Positions 27,801 through 38,833 of a stretch of 64,000 bases of DNA are shown here, piece after piece. A program made the position numbers and the translations under genes. Under the pieces are notes generated by a model. That model searched no databases. It was not told the DNA's origin and was given only the letters and a program-made list of their open reading frames with translations. The DNA is taken from NCBI GenBank assembly GCA_964613385.1, contig CAZTGZ010000001.1, positions 105,836 through 169,835 of the forward strand. Direction: 5' to 3'. Source of the stretch: an uncultured Chitinophagaceae bacterium (GTDB lineage: Bacteria > Bacteroidota > Bacteroidia > NS11-12g > UBA9320). How positions within the stretch are numbered: position 1 is the first letter of the stretch; each line of letters opens with the position of its first letter.

Positions 27801-28931
27801 ATGAAAAAGTTGAAAATTGTCTATCTCTTGTGTTTTTCTTTTTTGTTGCTGAAGTGCGAGGATGACGACTTGAAGAAAAATGAGCCGAAAGTTGTGTTGC
27901 CAGTGGATATAGCCATGGATACATTGTTGGAAAACATGACGCAGATTCCAAATCCATGGTCACTGGAAGAGCTGGCACCGGGCAAATGGATTATTTCAGG
28001 AAGAAATGGAAAGATGTATATATATCAATCGGGAATTTTAGCGGAAGTAAGTGGCGTTCCGGCTGTAATTACAACAGGTCAGGCAGGATTGATGGATATT
28101 GAATTACATCCTCAGTTCAAAACAAATGGAAAGCTTTATTTTACGGCTGTAACCGGAACGGGATCTAATTTTAGCACGACATTATATTCAGCGCAGCTTC
28201 AGGGACAGGCATTGTCGCAGGTTGAGAAGCTTTTTCAGGCGGATCCGAGAACCGCTTCATCGGCACATTTTGGCAGTCGCATTGTTTGTGATAACGGCTT
28301 TATCTATGTATGCATTGGCGAGCGAAATGATCCTAACCAGGCTCAGAATTTGGCCTTCCATAGCGGAAAAGTCATCAGATTACTGGAGAATGGCCAAATA
28401 CCGGGTGACAATCCATGGGTAGATTCCCTGGGAAAAAGGGCGGAAATATGGACATACGGACACAGGAACCCACAGGGTATGGCCAGAAACCCATGGACGG
28501 GTGATATTTGGGTCCATGAGCATGGACCTAAAGGCGGTGATGAAATCAATGTACTGAAAAAAGCGGCCAATTATGGATGGCCATTGGCAACATTTGGAGT
28601 TAATTACGACGGGAGCACCATTACAACCGATACCTTCGTAGAAGGAACCATTTTACCTATTTACTATTATAAGCCTTCCATAGCACCTTGTGGAATGACA
28701 TTTTACCAATCCGAGGTTATACCTCAATGGAATGGAAGTCTTTTTATCGGAGCTTTGGCCGGTGAGCACATCAACCATTTAAAGCTAAACGGAAACCAGG
28801 TGGTTGCAGAAGAAAGGCTGGTTCAAGGCATAGGGCGAATCAGAGACATTAAACAAGGTAGTGACGGGTTTCTCTATTTTGTGACCGAAACTCCGGGTGC
28901 TTTGTTTAGGTTCAGGCCTAAAACGGATTAA
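27801..28931 (+). CDS. PQQ-dependent sugar dehydrogenase (soluble aldose/sorbosone dehydrogenase, beta-propeller) lipoprotein
   Basis: Start chosen at MKKLKIVYLLCFSFLLLKCED (lipobox-like LLKC). The body matches the GSDH family (GLMDIELHPQF..., HSGKVIRL..., GHRNPQGMA..., WVHEHGPKGGDEIN). Confidence 0.8.
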   Translation: MKKLKIVYLLCFSFLLLKCEDDDLKKNEPKVVLPVDIAMDTLLENMTQIPNPWSLEELAPGKWIISGRNGKMYIYQSGILAEVSGVPAVITTGQAGLMDIELHPQFKTNGKLYFTAVTGTGSNFSTTLYSAQLQGQALSQVEKLFQADPRTASSAHFGSRIVCDNGFIYVCIGERNDPNQAQNLAFHSGKVIRLLENGQIPGDNPWVDSLGKRAEIWTYGHRNPQGMARNPWTGDIWVHEHGPKGGDEINVLKKAANYGWPLATFGVNYDGSTITTDTFVEGTILPIYYYKPSIAPCGMTFYQSEVIPQWNGSLFIGALAGEHINHLKLNGNQVVAEERLVQGIGRIRDIKQGSDGFLYFVTETPGALFRFRPKTD

Positions 28932-29221
28932 TGGGTGCGGATAATTTGGAGCAGGTCATGCGCGCTCAACACCCCGCTTTGACGCCAAACCTGGTTGCCA
29001 TTGTGATATAAAATCAGGGTTGGAACCCCTTGTACCTGATAGCGAGACGCCAGTTCCGGATTGCGGTCAACATCTATTTTAACGATTTTCACTTCATCGC
29101 CCGCCTTGTTTTTTAAGTCTTCCAAAATAGGAGCCAGCATTTTACATGGTCCACACCAGGTGGCGCTGAAATCCACCAACACTTTTTCATGACTGCCGAT
29201 AATGTCTGTATAACTTGCCAT
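28928..29221 (-). CDS. trxA: thioredoxin
   Basis: 97 aa protein with the WCGPCK active site and typical thioredoxin flanks (VLVDFSATWCGPCKMLAPILEDL). Confidence 0.9.
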   Translation of the reverse strand: MASYTDIIGSHEKVLVDFSATWCGPCKMLAPILEDLKNKAGDEVKIVKIDVDRNPELASRYQVQGVPTLILYHNGNQVWRQSGVLSAHDLLQIIRTH

Positions 29222-29308
29222 ATCATCCCGGCATCAAAATTCAGACCCGCTTATGTGTCTGTCAGATTGTCAGGAAGAATTTATTATATTTGAGATACTA
29301 AACGCTGT

Positions 29309-30622
29309 ATGAAACCTAACATCTTGAAAGTCGGCTTTTTAATGCTCACCTTGTTGATTTCCGGAACTTATAATATGGCCCGGGCTCAGGTATATTTTCC
29401 GCCTAATTCAGGCAACTGGGACACTTTGCATCCTATGCGTTTAGGTTGGTGTGAAACGAAGTTGGATTCACTTCAGGATTATCTGGAATCGAAAAAAACC
29501 AAGGCGTTTATGGTTCTTAAGGATGGCAAGATTGTATTGGAATGGTATTTTGGAACATTTACCCAAGATAGTCTTTGGTACTGGGCTTCTGCAGGTAAGT
29601 CTCTGGCTTCGGCAGTTATAGGAATAGCCGAGCAAGATGGGTATTTGTCCTTAGATTTTCCGGTTTCTGCTTATTTGGGAGAAGGTTGGACCAGTTGTCC
29701 TAAGGACAAGGAAGATCAGATTACCGTTTTACACCAGGTGACCATGACCACAGGATTGAATGAAAACCTGTTGAACTCGGACTGTACAACACCCGAATGC
29801 CTTACGTATAAAGCAGATGCAGGAACGCGCTGGTTTTACCATAATGCTCCTTACACGCTTACCCATGACGTGGTTGAAAAGGCAACTGGCAAGTCCTTCA
29901 ACATTTATACGTATCAGCGCCTGACTTCCAGAATTGGCATGGGCGGATTATGGGTAAAAAGCGGCTGGAACGACCTGTTTCTCAGCAAAGCCAGAGATAT
30001 GGCGAGATTTGGGGTTTTGATGCTCGCGAATGGTATCTGGAAGCAGGATACCGTATTGAATAATATGTCCTATCATCCTGCCATGATTCAGACCAGCCAA
30101 TCGTTAAACAAAAGCTATGGGTATCTATGGTGGCTGAATGGGAAAGGCGAAATTATCATGCCGGGACTACCAACTGTTTTTAACCGGGATTTGGTTCCTT
30201 CTGCTCCTTCGGACATGTATGCCGCTATGGGAAAAAATGATCAGAAACTTTACGTCGTGCCGTCTCAGGGCTTGGTTGTCGTGAGGATGGGTGATGCCGC
30301 GGACGATGCAATGCCGGCATTGTCAGATTTTGATATAGTGCTTTGGAGCAAGATTTCGGATTTAGTTTGCAAAACCGGAGGTTCGAAGAACCTTTCAACC
30401 CTTTCCACAGTCTATCCGAATCCATTTACAGGTGAATTAAACCTGGAGCGGTCAGAACCTTTTAATTACCAATTGTGCAATAACCGGGGAGCAGTGATCA
30501 AGAGCGGATTTTCATTGGGCTCGGAGCATATTGAAACCACGGAAATACCCGCCGGTTTCTATTTTCTGCGATTGATTTCCACGAATCAAACAGAATGGAT
30601 GCCTTTGATTAAAACAAACTGA
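29309..30622 (+). CDS. serine hydrolase (beta-lactamase/PBP-like family) with T9SS C-terminal sorting domain
   Basis: Signal peptide. SxxK motif within WYWASAGKSLASAVIG. The C-terminal ~75 aa (VYPNPFTGELNLE...AGFYFLRLISTNQTEWMPLIKTN) match the Por/T9SS type-A CTD pattern. Confidence 0.75.
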   Translation: MKPNILKVGFLMLTLLISGTYNMARAQVYFPPNSGNWDTLHPMRLGWCETKLDSLQDYLESKKTKAFMVLKDGKIVLEWYFGTFTQDSLWYWASAGKSLASAVIGIAEQDGYLSLDFPVSAYLGEGWTSCPKDKEDQITVLHQVTMTTGLNENLLNSDCTTPECLTYKADAGTRWFYHNAPYTLTHDVVEKATGKSFNIYTYQRLTSRIGMGGLWVKSGWNDLFLSKARDMARFGVLMLANGIWKQDTVLNNMSYHPAMIQTSQSLNKSYGYLWWLNGKGEIIMPGLPTVFNRDLVPSAPSDMYAAMGKNDQKLYVVPSQGLVVVRMGDAADDAMPALSDFDIVLWSKISDLVCKTGGSKNLSTLSTVYPNPFTGELNLERSEPFNYQLCNNRGAVIKSGFSLGSEHIETTEIPAGFYFLRLISTNQTEWMPLIKTN

Positions 30623-31876
30623 TCAGGAAGCGATTTCTTTCAGCGCAGTTACCAATTTAGCGGTCTCTCCGGGATTGTTAAAAAGATGCGGTGTTATGCG
30701 GACCCCTTGAATAACATCGTGTTCGATGGCCACGGTGAAAATACCATATTTCTCTTTGAGGGTTTTGGATACCTGTGAAGGTTTTTTCCCGATAACTGAG
30801 ACATTAGCCAGGGCGCAGGAACGTTCAGGTCCAACCGGTGTGAGCATTTGAAATCGCTCATCTTTGCGAATCTCATCCGTCCAGCTTTTTTGAAGATAAC
30901 GCAAGTGACTTTCCTTGAGTTTGGCCCCGATCATTTGATGAAAGGAGATGGCTTCGGGTAAGGTTTCGCTTACGGCACAGGGATGCGTTCCGAAATGTTC
31001 AAATTTTCGGATATTGGATGCATCATAACCGGTATCTCCGAAAAGCGGCCATATTTTTTGAGTGTGTTTTTTCTTCACGCAGAGCATTCCGGCACCTAAT
31101 GGATTACATAGCCATTTATGAAGACTGCACCCGAGATAATCGGCATCCAAATCTTTAAAGTTGCAGGGAATATGAGCGAAGCTGTGCGCTGCATCAACCA
31201 AAACTTCAATTTGCTTAGCGTGAGCTGCGGCGATTATTTTGGAAGCAGGAAGTATCTGTCCGGTTAAATTGATCATGTGAGTCAACAGAATCAACCTGGT
31301 GTTCGAACCGGTTGCATCCATGTATGCATTCACAATTTCTTCATCGCTTTTAGGATGTATGGGCAATGATATCATTTTGAGATGTATCCCATAGCGCTTT
31401 TCAGCCTGTTTCAGTTGTTCGACCATACTGCCATAGTCCTGATTGCTGTATATGACTTCATCTCCTTTTTGCCAGGGATAACCCATGATTACGATGTTCA
31501 TGGCTTCCGTGGTATTGCGAACCAGGGCGGTTTCTTCAGGTTCTGACCCGGCGAGACCGGCAAGTGCCAATCTGCTTTTCTCCCGTCCGTTTTCCTGCTC
31601 GGTGCGCATATACAGGGATGTCTTTCTGTTGATATAGGTACCTGTTTTTTGAAAATAATTGCGGGTTGAAACCGGTTGAGGAGAAAAGTAGCCGTTTTCC
31701 AACTGAATGAATGCCGGATCCGGTTCAAACATGCCTCTTACCAATAGCCAGAATTCCTCGTTGGCTACATCGGCCATTCCGGTTTGTTGCATGCTTTTGA
31801 TAAGTTCAGCTGCTTTACCAGATTGAACCGACCATCCTGCAACAGCTGCCTGCATCAAAAATTTCCGGCGATTCAT
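30623..31876 (-). CDS. aminotransferase class V-fold PLP-dependent enzyme with Tat signal peptide
   Basis: N-terminus MNRRKFLMQAAVAGWS has a twin-arginine motif. The body has class V PLP-fold features (LILLTHMINLTGQILP..., ...VDAAHSFAHIP..., ...GCSLHKWL with the Schiff-base Lys). Confidence 0.75.
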   Translation of the reverse strand: MNRRKFLMQAAVAGWSVQSGKAAELIKSMQQTGMADVANEEFWLLVRGMFEPDPAFIQLENGYFSPQPVSTRNYFQKTGTYINRKTSLYMRTEQENGREKSRLALAGLAGSEPEETALVRNTTEAMNIVIMGYPWQKGDEVIYSNQDYGSMVEQLKQAEKRYGIHLKMISLPIHPKSDEEIVNAYMDATGSNTRLILLTHMINLTGQILPASKIIAAAHAKQIEVLVDAAHSFAHIPCNFKDLDADYLGCSLHKWLCNPLGAGMLCVKKKHTQKIWPLFGDTGYDASNIRKFEHFGTHPCAVSETLPEAISFHQMIGAKLKESHLRYLQKSWTDEIRKDERFQMLTPVGPERSCALANVSVIGKKPSQVSKTLKEKYGIFTVAIEHDVIQGVRITPHLFNNPGETAKLVTALKEIAS

Positions 31877-33567
31877 TATCCGAGACCCAAAACCTTCAGA
31901 CCTTGCTCAAAAATAACGTCGACTGGAATATTTACTGCTTTCAGTCTATCCAAATCCTTTTGGAGTTCTTCACCGATATAACCGTATTTTTTCATGAATG
32001 CGGTAACGGCTGCTTTGTTGCCATCGCCTTGAAGTTTCAGGATTTCTGCGGAAAGGTCGTTAACGGCACGGGCGAATGCTTCCTGCTGTACCTGATAAGT
32101 GCCCGTTTTCGGATCTCTGATAAATGCTCCTTTTTCCTGAAAATAATTGAATCTCACCATATTGGCGTTTCCATGTGCGCTTGCACCTCCGAAGCGAACC
32201 GAGCGGAAAATACCGGCCAAAAAGGTTACGTAGTGATCCATAATTTCTCCTTCGCTTATTTCACCTTTTTCAAACAGACGGGTGATCATATATAATCCGA
32301 GGATATCAGCCTTACCTTCTTCCAAGGCAGAAAACTCTTCTTCCAGCGCATCTCTTACCGTACCTTTTCCTGTGATGGTATTTTTGATGCCCAATCCATG
32401 CGCTACTTCATGAAACATGGTATTGGAGAAGAAAGCATTAAAAGTGATATGTTTCTGCTGTTCTTTAGATATTAACTCATGAGAAATCGGAACCAGAATG
32501 CGATCATATTTTGCACGCATGGCATTTTTAAGCTGACTGCGACGTGTTCCCTTTTCTTGTTGCAATTTTTCATCGTTGGGAAGGTTAACGGCAATGGTTT
32601 TACTTCCGGCATTGCAATCACCGGCATAATACACCACATCGTAGGCATTGAGTTGTGCATTGGAGGCAGAAATTTTCTCTTTTTTGTATTGGGGAAGACA
32701 TGGCAAGTCGCGCTGTAATTCGGGCAAATAGGCCACATACTTTTCGAGTTTCTTACTCCATTCTCTGTCTTTGATTAATACATAGGCTTCATAAGATGTA
32801 CGGGCATTATATAGTTGATCCTCATAGTTTTCTATTGGACCGATAATCAAGTCAATTCCATTGGTTTTCATATCGAGCCAGGCTTCATCACTTCGGGTAA
32901 AATCATCGGTAAGTAAAGCTTGTGCGCGAAGTTCAAGATAGGTTTTAAGACCGGCATCGCGGCATTTGGAGGCCGCACTTTTTAAATAAGAAGCTGCTTT
33001 TTCCAATTCAGGTTTAAAAGCTACATGGAATGGAATACTATATAGTTTTCCGCTGCTATCACGACGAATAATGGAATATTGGCCTTTTTTATCGGCAACT
33101 TTGGATTTCTCCAATTCTTCCTTGCTCATATCGGCAGGATAGAAGTTGGCACCTTTGGGTTTTTCGCCAATTCCCTCCCACATAGGTAAATTGTTTTCCA
33201 GTCGATTCCATGGACCATAATTGATCAGGACCTGAGTCCGGATTGAATCATTATTAATGGTGGATAGCAGGCTTTCTTTGTCGCCGTAAGCCTGTTTCCA
33301 AAAAAGATCATCCATAATCATGGCAGCCTTAATCAAGTCGGGAAGCATGGCCCTTTCATCTTCACTGAGGGCATTCAGATCCGTGGTTAGTTTAACCCTG
33401 GCATAGATTCCGGCATCCGGAGTTGAAGGAGCTTCAACAGAAGTTTGATCCTGAGGCTTTTCTTTCGTCTGACATGAGGTCCAGCAAAGTGCACTGATCA
33501 GACATAAAAGGAGAAATATATTTTGTTGCATCAGGAACAAATGTAAATTCTGCACATGAACCGACAA
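31876..33567 (-). CDS. secreted zinc metallopeptidase, DPP3/M49-like (HExxH + EExxAD variant)
   Basis: Signal peptide/lipoprotein-like N-terminus (…LLLCLISALCWTSC). Contains MFHEVAHGLG (HExxH) followed by EEGKADILG, which resembles the second zinc-binding motif of dipeptidyl-peptidase III. The family call is tentative. Confidence 0.55.
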   Translation of the reverse strand: MSVHVQNLHLFLMQQNIFLLLCLISALCWTSCQTKEKPQDQTSVEAPSTPDAGIYARVKLTTDLNALSEDERAMLPDLIKAAMIMDDLFWKQAYGDKESLLSTINNDSIRTQVLINYGPWNRLENNLPMWEGIGEKPKGANFYPADMSKEELEKSKVADKKGQYSIIRRDSSGKLYSIPFHVAFKPELEKAASYLKSAASKCRDAGLKTYLELRAQALLTDDFTRSDEAWLDMKTNGIDLIIGPIENYEDQLYNARTSYEAYVLIKDREWSKKLEKYVAYLPELQRDLPCLPQYKKEKISASNAQLNAYDVVYYAGDCNAGSKTIAVNLPNDEKLQQEKGTRRSQLKNAMRAKYDRILVPISHELISKEQQKHITFNAFFSNTMFHEVAHGLGIKNTITGKGTVRDALEEEFSALEEGKADILGLYMITRLFEKGEISEGEIMDHYVTFLAGIFRSVRFGGASAHGNANMVRFNYFQEKGAFIRDPKTGTYQVQQEAFARAVNDLSAEILKLQGDGNKAAVTAFMKKYGYIGEELQKDLDRLKAVNIPVDVIFEQGLKVLGLG

Positions 33568-33590
33568 AATTGTTCGTCGAACAGTGGTCT

Positions 33591-35657
33591 TTACATCAGA
33601 TCTTCAGCTATTTGAAGGGCTTCATATAAATACAAATCCTTTTTGAGATTTGATTTCCAATCCATGGCTCTTGCTTTCCTGCTTTCATCTCCCTTCATCG
33701 CTTCTGCATCAGAACTACAGAAATCTATGTTCAAATCTTCTATTGGCTTAAACAGGGATTCGTATTTCTTATTTACTTCGCTCAACGCCTTTTCTTCTTC
33801 TCTATATTTCTGAATCTGAAGGGAATAAACGGTTCTTTCATTCTGTTTTTGCCATCTTTTCGCATTTTCTTCAAGCAAAATCATTTCATTTTGACTGGAA
33901 GTTCGGTTTTGGCTGGCTTTCACAATCTTCTTTTTATCCTTAAGCCAATTGCCTGGCTTATAAAAAGCTTTTTCAATTTGATCGAATGGCATAGCTGCAG
34001 GGTCTTCTTTTTCACCGGTTTTGATATAGGTATAGTTGTCGGGCATCACCAAATCCGGTTCAACACCTTTTAATTGGGTTGCGTCTCCATTGATGCGATA
34101 GAATTTTTGAACGGTAAGTTTCACAGAACCCAATACATCCGGACCGGCGCCCTGAGCACCGAGTTCAGCAAATCTCTGAACCGTACCCTTTCCGTGTGTT
34201 GGTCCGGTACCCAGAATAATGGCCCTATTGTAATCCTGCATGGCTGCAGCGAGTATTTCTGATGCGGATGCGCTGAAACTGTTAACCATCACTATGAAGG
34301 CCCCATCCCAGGTAACCTGTCTATTGTGGTCACTCATTACATAGGGTTTTTCACCCCTGGATTTAACCTGAACCACCGGGCCTTCTGGAATAAATAATCC
34401 CGCCATTTCCACTACATCTGCCAGTGAACCTCCGCCATTGTTGCGCAAGTCGAGGATAATGGCTTTCACATTTTCCTTTTTCAACTTTTCAATTTCATCC
34501 CTTACATCTTTCCAACTGGTTCTTCCACCTTCTCCGCTAAAATCTGCATAGAAGCTCGGGAGATACACATAGCCCGTTTTTTTCTTGTCGGCGTCATACA
34601 AAATCGCACTTTTGGCATAAGTTTCTTCCAATTGCACAACATCGCGAACAATTGGAATCACCTTAATGCTTCCATCGGGTTTTTTAACGGTTAACCGAAC
34701 TTCTGTGCCTTTTTTACCGCGGATCAGTTTTACGGCATCATCAATGCGCACATCCACCAAATCAACCGGATCATCTTTGCCTTGTGCTACCTTGATGATG
34801 AGGTCGTTTTCCTTTAACTCACCTTGCAAAGCACTTGGACTACCTGGAATGATTTTCATTACCTTGATATATCCGTCTTTCTCCTGCAGTTGAGCTCCGA
34901 TTCCTTCCAGTTTCCCACTCATTCGAATATCGAAATTTTCCTTATCGGCCGGTGGAAAATAATTGGTATGTGGATCAAATACAGATGTAAGGGCATTGAT
35001 ATAAATACTGAGTCGGTCTTTTCTCTTGATTTTAACCAATCGGTCGAACCACTCATCGTGATTTTTCAGAACTGCCATTCTCGCTTTATACTCCAGACTG
35101 TCCATGCTTTCTTTTTTTATGGAGCTATCTGCTTTTTCCTGCACATCCAGACTGCTTATTACGCGAAGCATCACGTTGTATTTCAAGTATTTAAACCATC
35201 TCTCCCGAAGCTCATCATGATTTTTAGCATATGGAATTTTCTCGTTAAAATCTACCTGCTCGTCTTTGGTGAAGTCCATGGGTTCGGCCAGAATACCTTT
35301 ATAGATATCCTTGATTTCCAGTTGTCTCCGTTCGATCAGCTCCAGACTCAAATTAAAACAATCATATCTGCCCGACATACTTTCATCGTCCAAGGTGTAG
35401 CGATGTTCTTCCAACCGCTTTACATCATCATCCAGCAACAAACGTTTGGTAGGGTCTAAAGCATCCAAATAATTCGTGAATGCTTTGTTGGAAAAGCTGT
35501 CGTTAATTTCAACCGGGGCATAGTGGAAATTTCTCAGATTTTCCAGTATGGTTCGAACCAGCAGGTCTTCAGGTTGGGTATCTTGTTTCAGATAAAATCC
35601 AAGGGCCAGCAATGAAGCAGGTACCAGGATCATCAATGATTTAATAAATTTATTCAT
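33591..35657 (-). CDS. carboxy-terminal processing peptidase (S41 family, tail-specific protease) with PDZ domain
   Basis: 688 aa protein with a signal peptide, a PDZ-like segment (GIGAQLQEKDGYIKVMKIIPGSPSALQGELKENDLII) and an S41 catalytic region (AIILDLRNNGGGSLADVVEMAGLFI...). Confidence 0.85.
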   Translation of the reverse strand: MNKFIKSLMILVPASLLALGFYLKQDTQPEDLLVRTILENLRNFHYAPVEINDSFSNKAFTNYLDALDPTKRLLLDDDVKRLEEHRYTLDDESMSGRYDCFNLSLELIERRQLEIKDIYKGILAEPMDFTKDEQVDFNEKIPYAKNHDELRERWFKYLKYNVMLRVISSLDVQEKADSSIKKESMDSLEYKARMAVLKNHDEWFDRLVKIKRKDRLSIYINALTSVFDPHTNYFPPADKENFDIRMSGKLEGIGAQLQEKDGYIKVMKIIPGSPSALQGELKENDLIIKVAQGKDDPVDLVDVRIDDAVKLIRGKKGTEVRLTVKKPDGSIKVIPIVRDVVQLEETYAKSAILYDADKKKTGYVYLPSFYADFSGEGGRTSWKDVRDEIEKLKKENVKAIILDLRNNGGGSLADVVEMAGLFIPEGPVVQVKSRGEKPYVMSDHNRQVTWDGAFIVMVNSFSASASEILAAAMQDYNRAIILGTGPTHGKGTVQRFAELGAQGAGPDVLGSVKLTVQKFYRINGDATQLKGVEPDLVMPDNYTYIKTGEKEDPAAMPFDQIEKAFYKPGNWLKDKKKIVKASQNRTSSQNEMILLEENAKRWQKQNERTVYSLQIQKYREEEKALSEVNKKYESLFKPIEDLNIDFCSSDAEAMKGDESRKARAMDWKSNLKKDLYLYEALQIAEDLM

Positions 35658-35876
35658 CTCGGTAAATTGGTTCTGTTCGCAATTTATAGGGGATAACGCA
35701 AATTTCTTGCATTTCTTGAAGGGAGTCGGAAAGAATCTATGAAATGCGCGAAATGGAGGACGAGTGTTCGGTTGAGGGGAAATAAGAGAATTTGCAGCGC
35801 ACCCGGTATTTCAGTTTACACTTATGTGAACTACCCATAAACCACCTCATTTTTTTATCGATATTTGCCCATCGAC

Positions 35877-37343
35877 ATGAAGGCACTCATCCGGAAACTT
35901 GCTGGCGAAACAGCAGTGTATGGCTTGTCCAGCATGGTAGGGCGGTTTCTGAATTTCTTGCTGGTTCCCCTGTATACCGCGCAATTTTTACCGGAAGAAT
36001 ATGGTGTAGTAACCGTTTTATATGCCTTTGCCGGCTTTGCTGCAGTGATTTTAACTATGGGAATGGAAACGGCTTTTTTTCATTTTTCCACTAAAATTAA
36101 CGATACGGCTAAGGCTTATTCTCACGCCTTTTTATTGTTGTTGCCCTTGAACATATTACTTGGGCTTATCATTTGGTTTGGTGCGGAACCCTTGGCAGAA
36201 TGGGTAGGATTTGAGGGTCATGGCAATTATTTCAGATGTTTTGCCCTCATATTACCTTTGGATGCCCTCACTTCATTGCCTATGGCCTGGTTGAGGAAAA
36301 TGGGTAAAGCCCGGCGATTCGCGCTCCTCAAACTGTTGAATATCGCCATCAACATTGGCGTGAACCTGTACTTTGTTTATTTTGGATATACCTATTTCGA
36401 AAAAGGTATTCAACTTCCCGGATTTAACCCCGATTGGGGAATCTTCTATATTTTTATTGCGAATGTTTTGGCCAGCCTGATCGGATTTTTGTGTATGATT
36501 CCGGAATTGCGTGTCATTCGTTCTGCTCCGGATGTGGAATTCATCAAATCCATGCTAAAATATGCCTGGCCGGTGATATTAATCGGATTGGCCGGTATGG
36601 TGAACGAATTGCTGGATCGGGTACTTATCCAATATTTAACTCCGGCGAAGGAAGCGGATTTTAATACCGGTGTATATGGTGCATTTTATAAGCTGAGCAT
36701 TGTAATTACCTTATTTGTTCAGGCATTCAGATTTGCGGCGGAGCCATTCTTTTTTGAACAGAGCCGACAGAGTGATGCCCCGAGGATTTATGCTCGGGTG
36801 ATGCATTTATTTGTCGCAGTTTGTGCAGGCATATTTCTCCTATGCATGTTGATGATGGATGAATTATCGGCACTGTTGATAAGGCAGGAAGCCTACTACA
36901 GGCATCCACAGGCCATGCAACTGGTGCCTGTCTTACTCATGGCGAATATTTTTCTCGGCATGTATTACAATTTGTCTATCTGGTATAAACTCAGCGAAAA
37001 GACCCGCATGGGTGCCTGGATAGCCATGGGAGGTGCTGTGCTTACAATTGTACTGAATATCCTTTTGATACCAAAAATCGGAATTCTAGGTGCGGCATGG
37101 ACGACATTGATCGTATATATGAGTATGGCCTTGATTTCGTGGTTGCAGGGTCAGCGTTATTATCCGGTTCCATATAATGTTCCGAGAATTTTAACTTATT
37201 TGGGTCTGGCACTGGGGGCTGTTTTTGTTTATCAGTTTGTTTTGATTTTCAAGTGGTTTCCGAACGAAATATGGCAAGCACTGGCATTGATCGGCTTTGT
37301 AGCAGGCATCTATTTAATGGAAAGGGTGAATAAATTTGCGTAA
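35877..37343 (+). CDS. MOP-superfamily polysaccharide flippase (Wzx/MurJ-like oligosaccharide translocase)
   Basis: About 490 aa with ~12-14 TM helices; N-terminus [34 protein letters not shown] is typical of Wzx-like flippases. The track start at 35865 is a TTG; I chose the ATG at 35877. Confidence 0.7.
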   Translation: MKALIRKLAGETAVYGLSSMVGRFLNFLLVPLYTAQFLPEEYGVVTVLYAFAGFAAVILTMGMETAFFHFSTKINDTAKAYSHAFLLLLPLNILLGLIIWFGAEPLAEWVGFEGHGNYFRCFALILPLDALTSLPMAWLRKMGKARRFALLKLLNIAINIGVNLYFVYFGYTYFEKGIQLPGFNPDWGIFYIFIANVLASLIGFLCMIPELRVIRSAPDVEFIKSMLKYAWPVILIGLAGMVNELLDRVLIQYLTPAKEADFNTGVYGAFYKLSIVITLFVQAFRFAAEPFFFEQSRQSDAPRIYARVMHLFVAVCAGIFLLCMLMMDELSALLIRQEAYYRHPQAMQLVPVLLMANIFLGMYYNLSIWYKLSEKTRMGAWIAMGGAVLTIVLNILLIPKIGILGAAWTTLIVYMSMALISWLQGQRYYPVPYNVPRILTYLGLALGAVFVYQFVLIFKWFPNEIWQALALIGFVAGIYLMERVNKFA

Positions 37344-37365
37344 ATTCGCGCCTTTCTCAAAAACT

Positions 37366-37806
37366 ATGGTACAAATCCGTATCATCAATCAAAGTGGACT
37401 GAGTTTGCCCGCTTATCAGACTGAGCATTCTGCCGGTCTGGATTTGTGTGCCTGTTTGGAAGAGCCGGTTGTGATTGCCGCTGGCCATCGACAGTTAATC
37501 GGAACAGGATTGTTTATGGCATTACCTTCGGGATTTGAAGCGCAAATTCGTCCGAGAAGCGGCCTGGCACTCAAACATGGTATAACATTGTTAAACACCC
37601 CCGGAACGATTGATGCAGACTATCGCGGCGAGATTAAGGTGTTGCTCATAAACCTGGGGCATGAGCCTTTTTTGGTGAACCACGGAGACCGAATTGCACA
37701 AATGGTAGTGGCCAGATATGAAAAAGTAGAATGGCAATTAACCGAAGAACTCGACGAAACAGTTCGCGGTGCAGGCGGATATGGACATACCGGAATTAAA
37801 CCTTAA
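37366..37806 (+). CDS. dut: dUTP diphosphatase
   Basis: [29 protein letters not shown]...[28 protein letters not shown]...AQMVV...[10 protein letters not shown] covers all five dUTPase motifs. The track's upstream TTG start at 37336 was rejected. Confidence 0.9.
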   Translation: MVQIRIINQSGLSLPAYQTEHSAGLDLCACLEEPVVIAAGHRQLIGTGLFMALPSGFEAQIRPRSGLALKHGITLLNTPGTIDADYRGEIKVLLINLGHEPFLVNHGDRIAQMVVARYEKVEWQLTEELDETVRGAGGYGHTGIKP

Positions 37807-37819
37807 GCTAAAAACATAT

Positions 37820-38833
37820 ATGAATCTGATTATCCCTATGGCAGGAATGGGAAAGCGCATGAGACCGCATACCCTCACTACACCAAAACCACTATTGCCA
37901 ATTGCGGGTAAACCCATTGTTCAGCGCCTGGTAGAAGACATTGCCAAAGTTTGTGCTGAACCAATCGACGAGATAGCCTTTATTATTGGCCCCGGTTTTG
38001 GCAAAGCTGTTGAAGAAAAGCTGTTGGAAATAGCATCCGGAATTGGAGCCAAAGGTCTGATATGCACTCAGGACGAAGCGCTGGGAACAGCACACGCGGT
38101 CTATTGTGCCAAAGCCAGTTTGAGAGGCCCCGTAATCGTGGCTTTTGCCGACACTTTGTTCCGTGCCGATTTTACCCTCGACAGCAGCAGAGATGGCATC
38201 ATTTGGGTGCAAAAAGTAGATGATCCCAGACCATTTGGGGTGGTTAAACTGAATGAAAACAATGAAATCACAGATTTTATTGAAAAACCACAGGATTTTG
38301 TATCCGATTTGGCCATTATCGGAATTTATTTTTTCAGAGATGGCGCTAATTTGGAGCAAGAAATTCGGTACCTGCTCGATAATGATATCAGGGAAAAAGG
38401 TGAGTATCAATTGACCAATGCCCTTGAAAATATGAAATCGAAAGGGATGAAATTTGTGCCGGGTAAAGTGATTGAGTGGTTGGATTGCGGGAATAAGGAT
38501 GTAACAGTATATACCAACAAACGGGTTCTGGAAACAACCGATGAACCCAACTTGATAGACCCCGGAATGTTGTCAGAAAACAGTAAAATTATCCCGCCTT
38601 GTTTCATCGGGAAAAACGTGCGCATATCGAACAGTACGGTTGGACCGTTTGTAAGTATTGGAGATAATAGCGTAATTGAAAATTCAGTGATTACCAATAG
38701 TATTTTACAGGAAAAGGTGCATTTGATCAATGCAGATATTACCAATTCTATGTTGGGCAATCATACCATTTATGACGGAAAGGCACGGGAATTGAGTTTG
38801 AGTGATTACTCGACCGTAGCCGGAACCCTATGA
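37820..38833 (+). CDS. sugar-phosphate nucleotidyltransferase with C-terminal left-handed beta-helix (GlmU/GCD1-like)
   Basis: Start chosen at MNLIIPMAGMGKRMRPHTLTTPKPLLPIAGKPIV (the G-x-G-x-R NTP-transferase signature). The C-terminus has hexapeptide repeats (ISNSTVGPFVSIGDNSVIENSVITNS). Confidence 0.7.
   Translation: MNLIIPMAGMGKRMRPHTLTTPKPLLPIAGKPIVQRLVEDIAKVCAEPIDEIAFIIGPGFGKAVEEKLLEIASGIGAKGLICTQDEALGTAHAVYCAKASLRGPVIVAFADTLFRADFTLDSSRDGIIWVQKVDDPRPFGVVKLNENNEITDFIEKPQDFVSDLAIIGIYFFRDGANLEQEIRYLLDNDIREKGEYQLTNALENMKSKGMKFVPGKVIEWLDCGNKDVTVYTNKRVLETTDEPNLIDPGMLSENSKIIPPCFIGKNVRISNSTVGPFVSIGDNSVIENSVITNSILQEKVHLINADITNSMLGNHTIYDGKARELSLSDYSTVAGTL

Noticed and set aside
35792-36094. 100-aa ORF overlapping the 5' end of the flippase gene
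   Set aside because: Out of frame with a well-supported membrane-protein gene, Cys/Arg-rich low-complexity translation, no motif.
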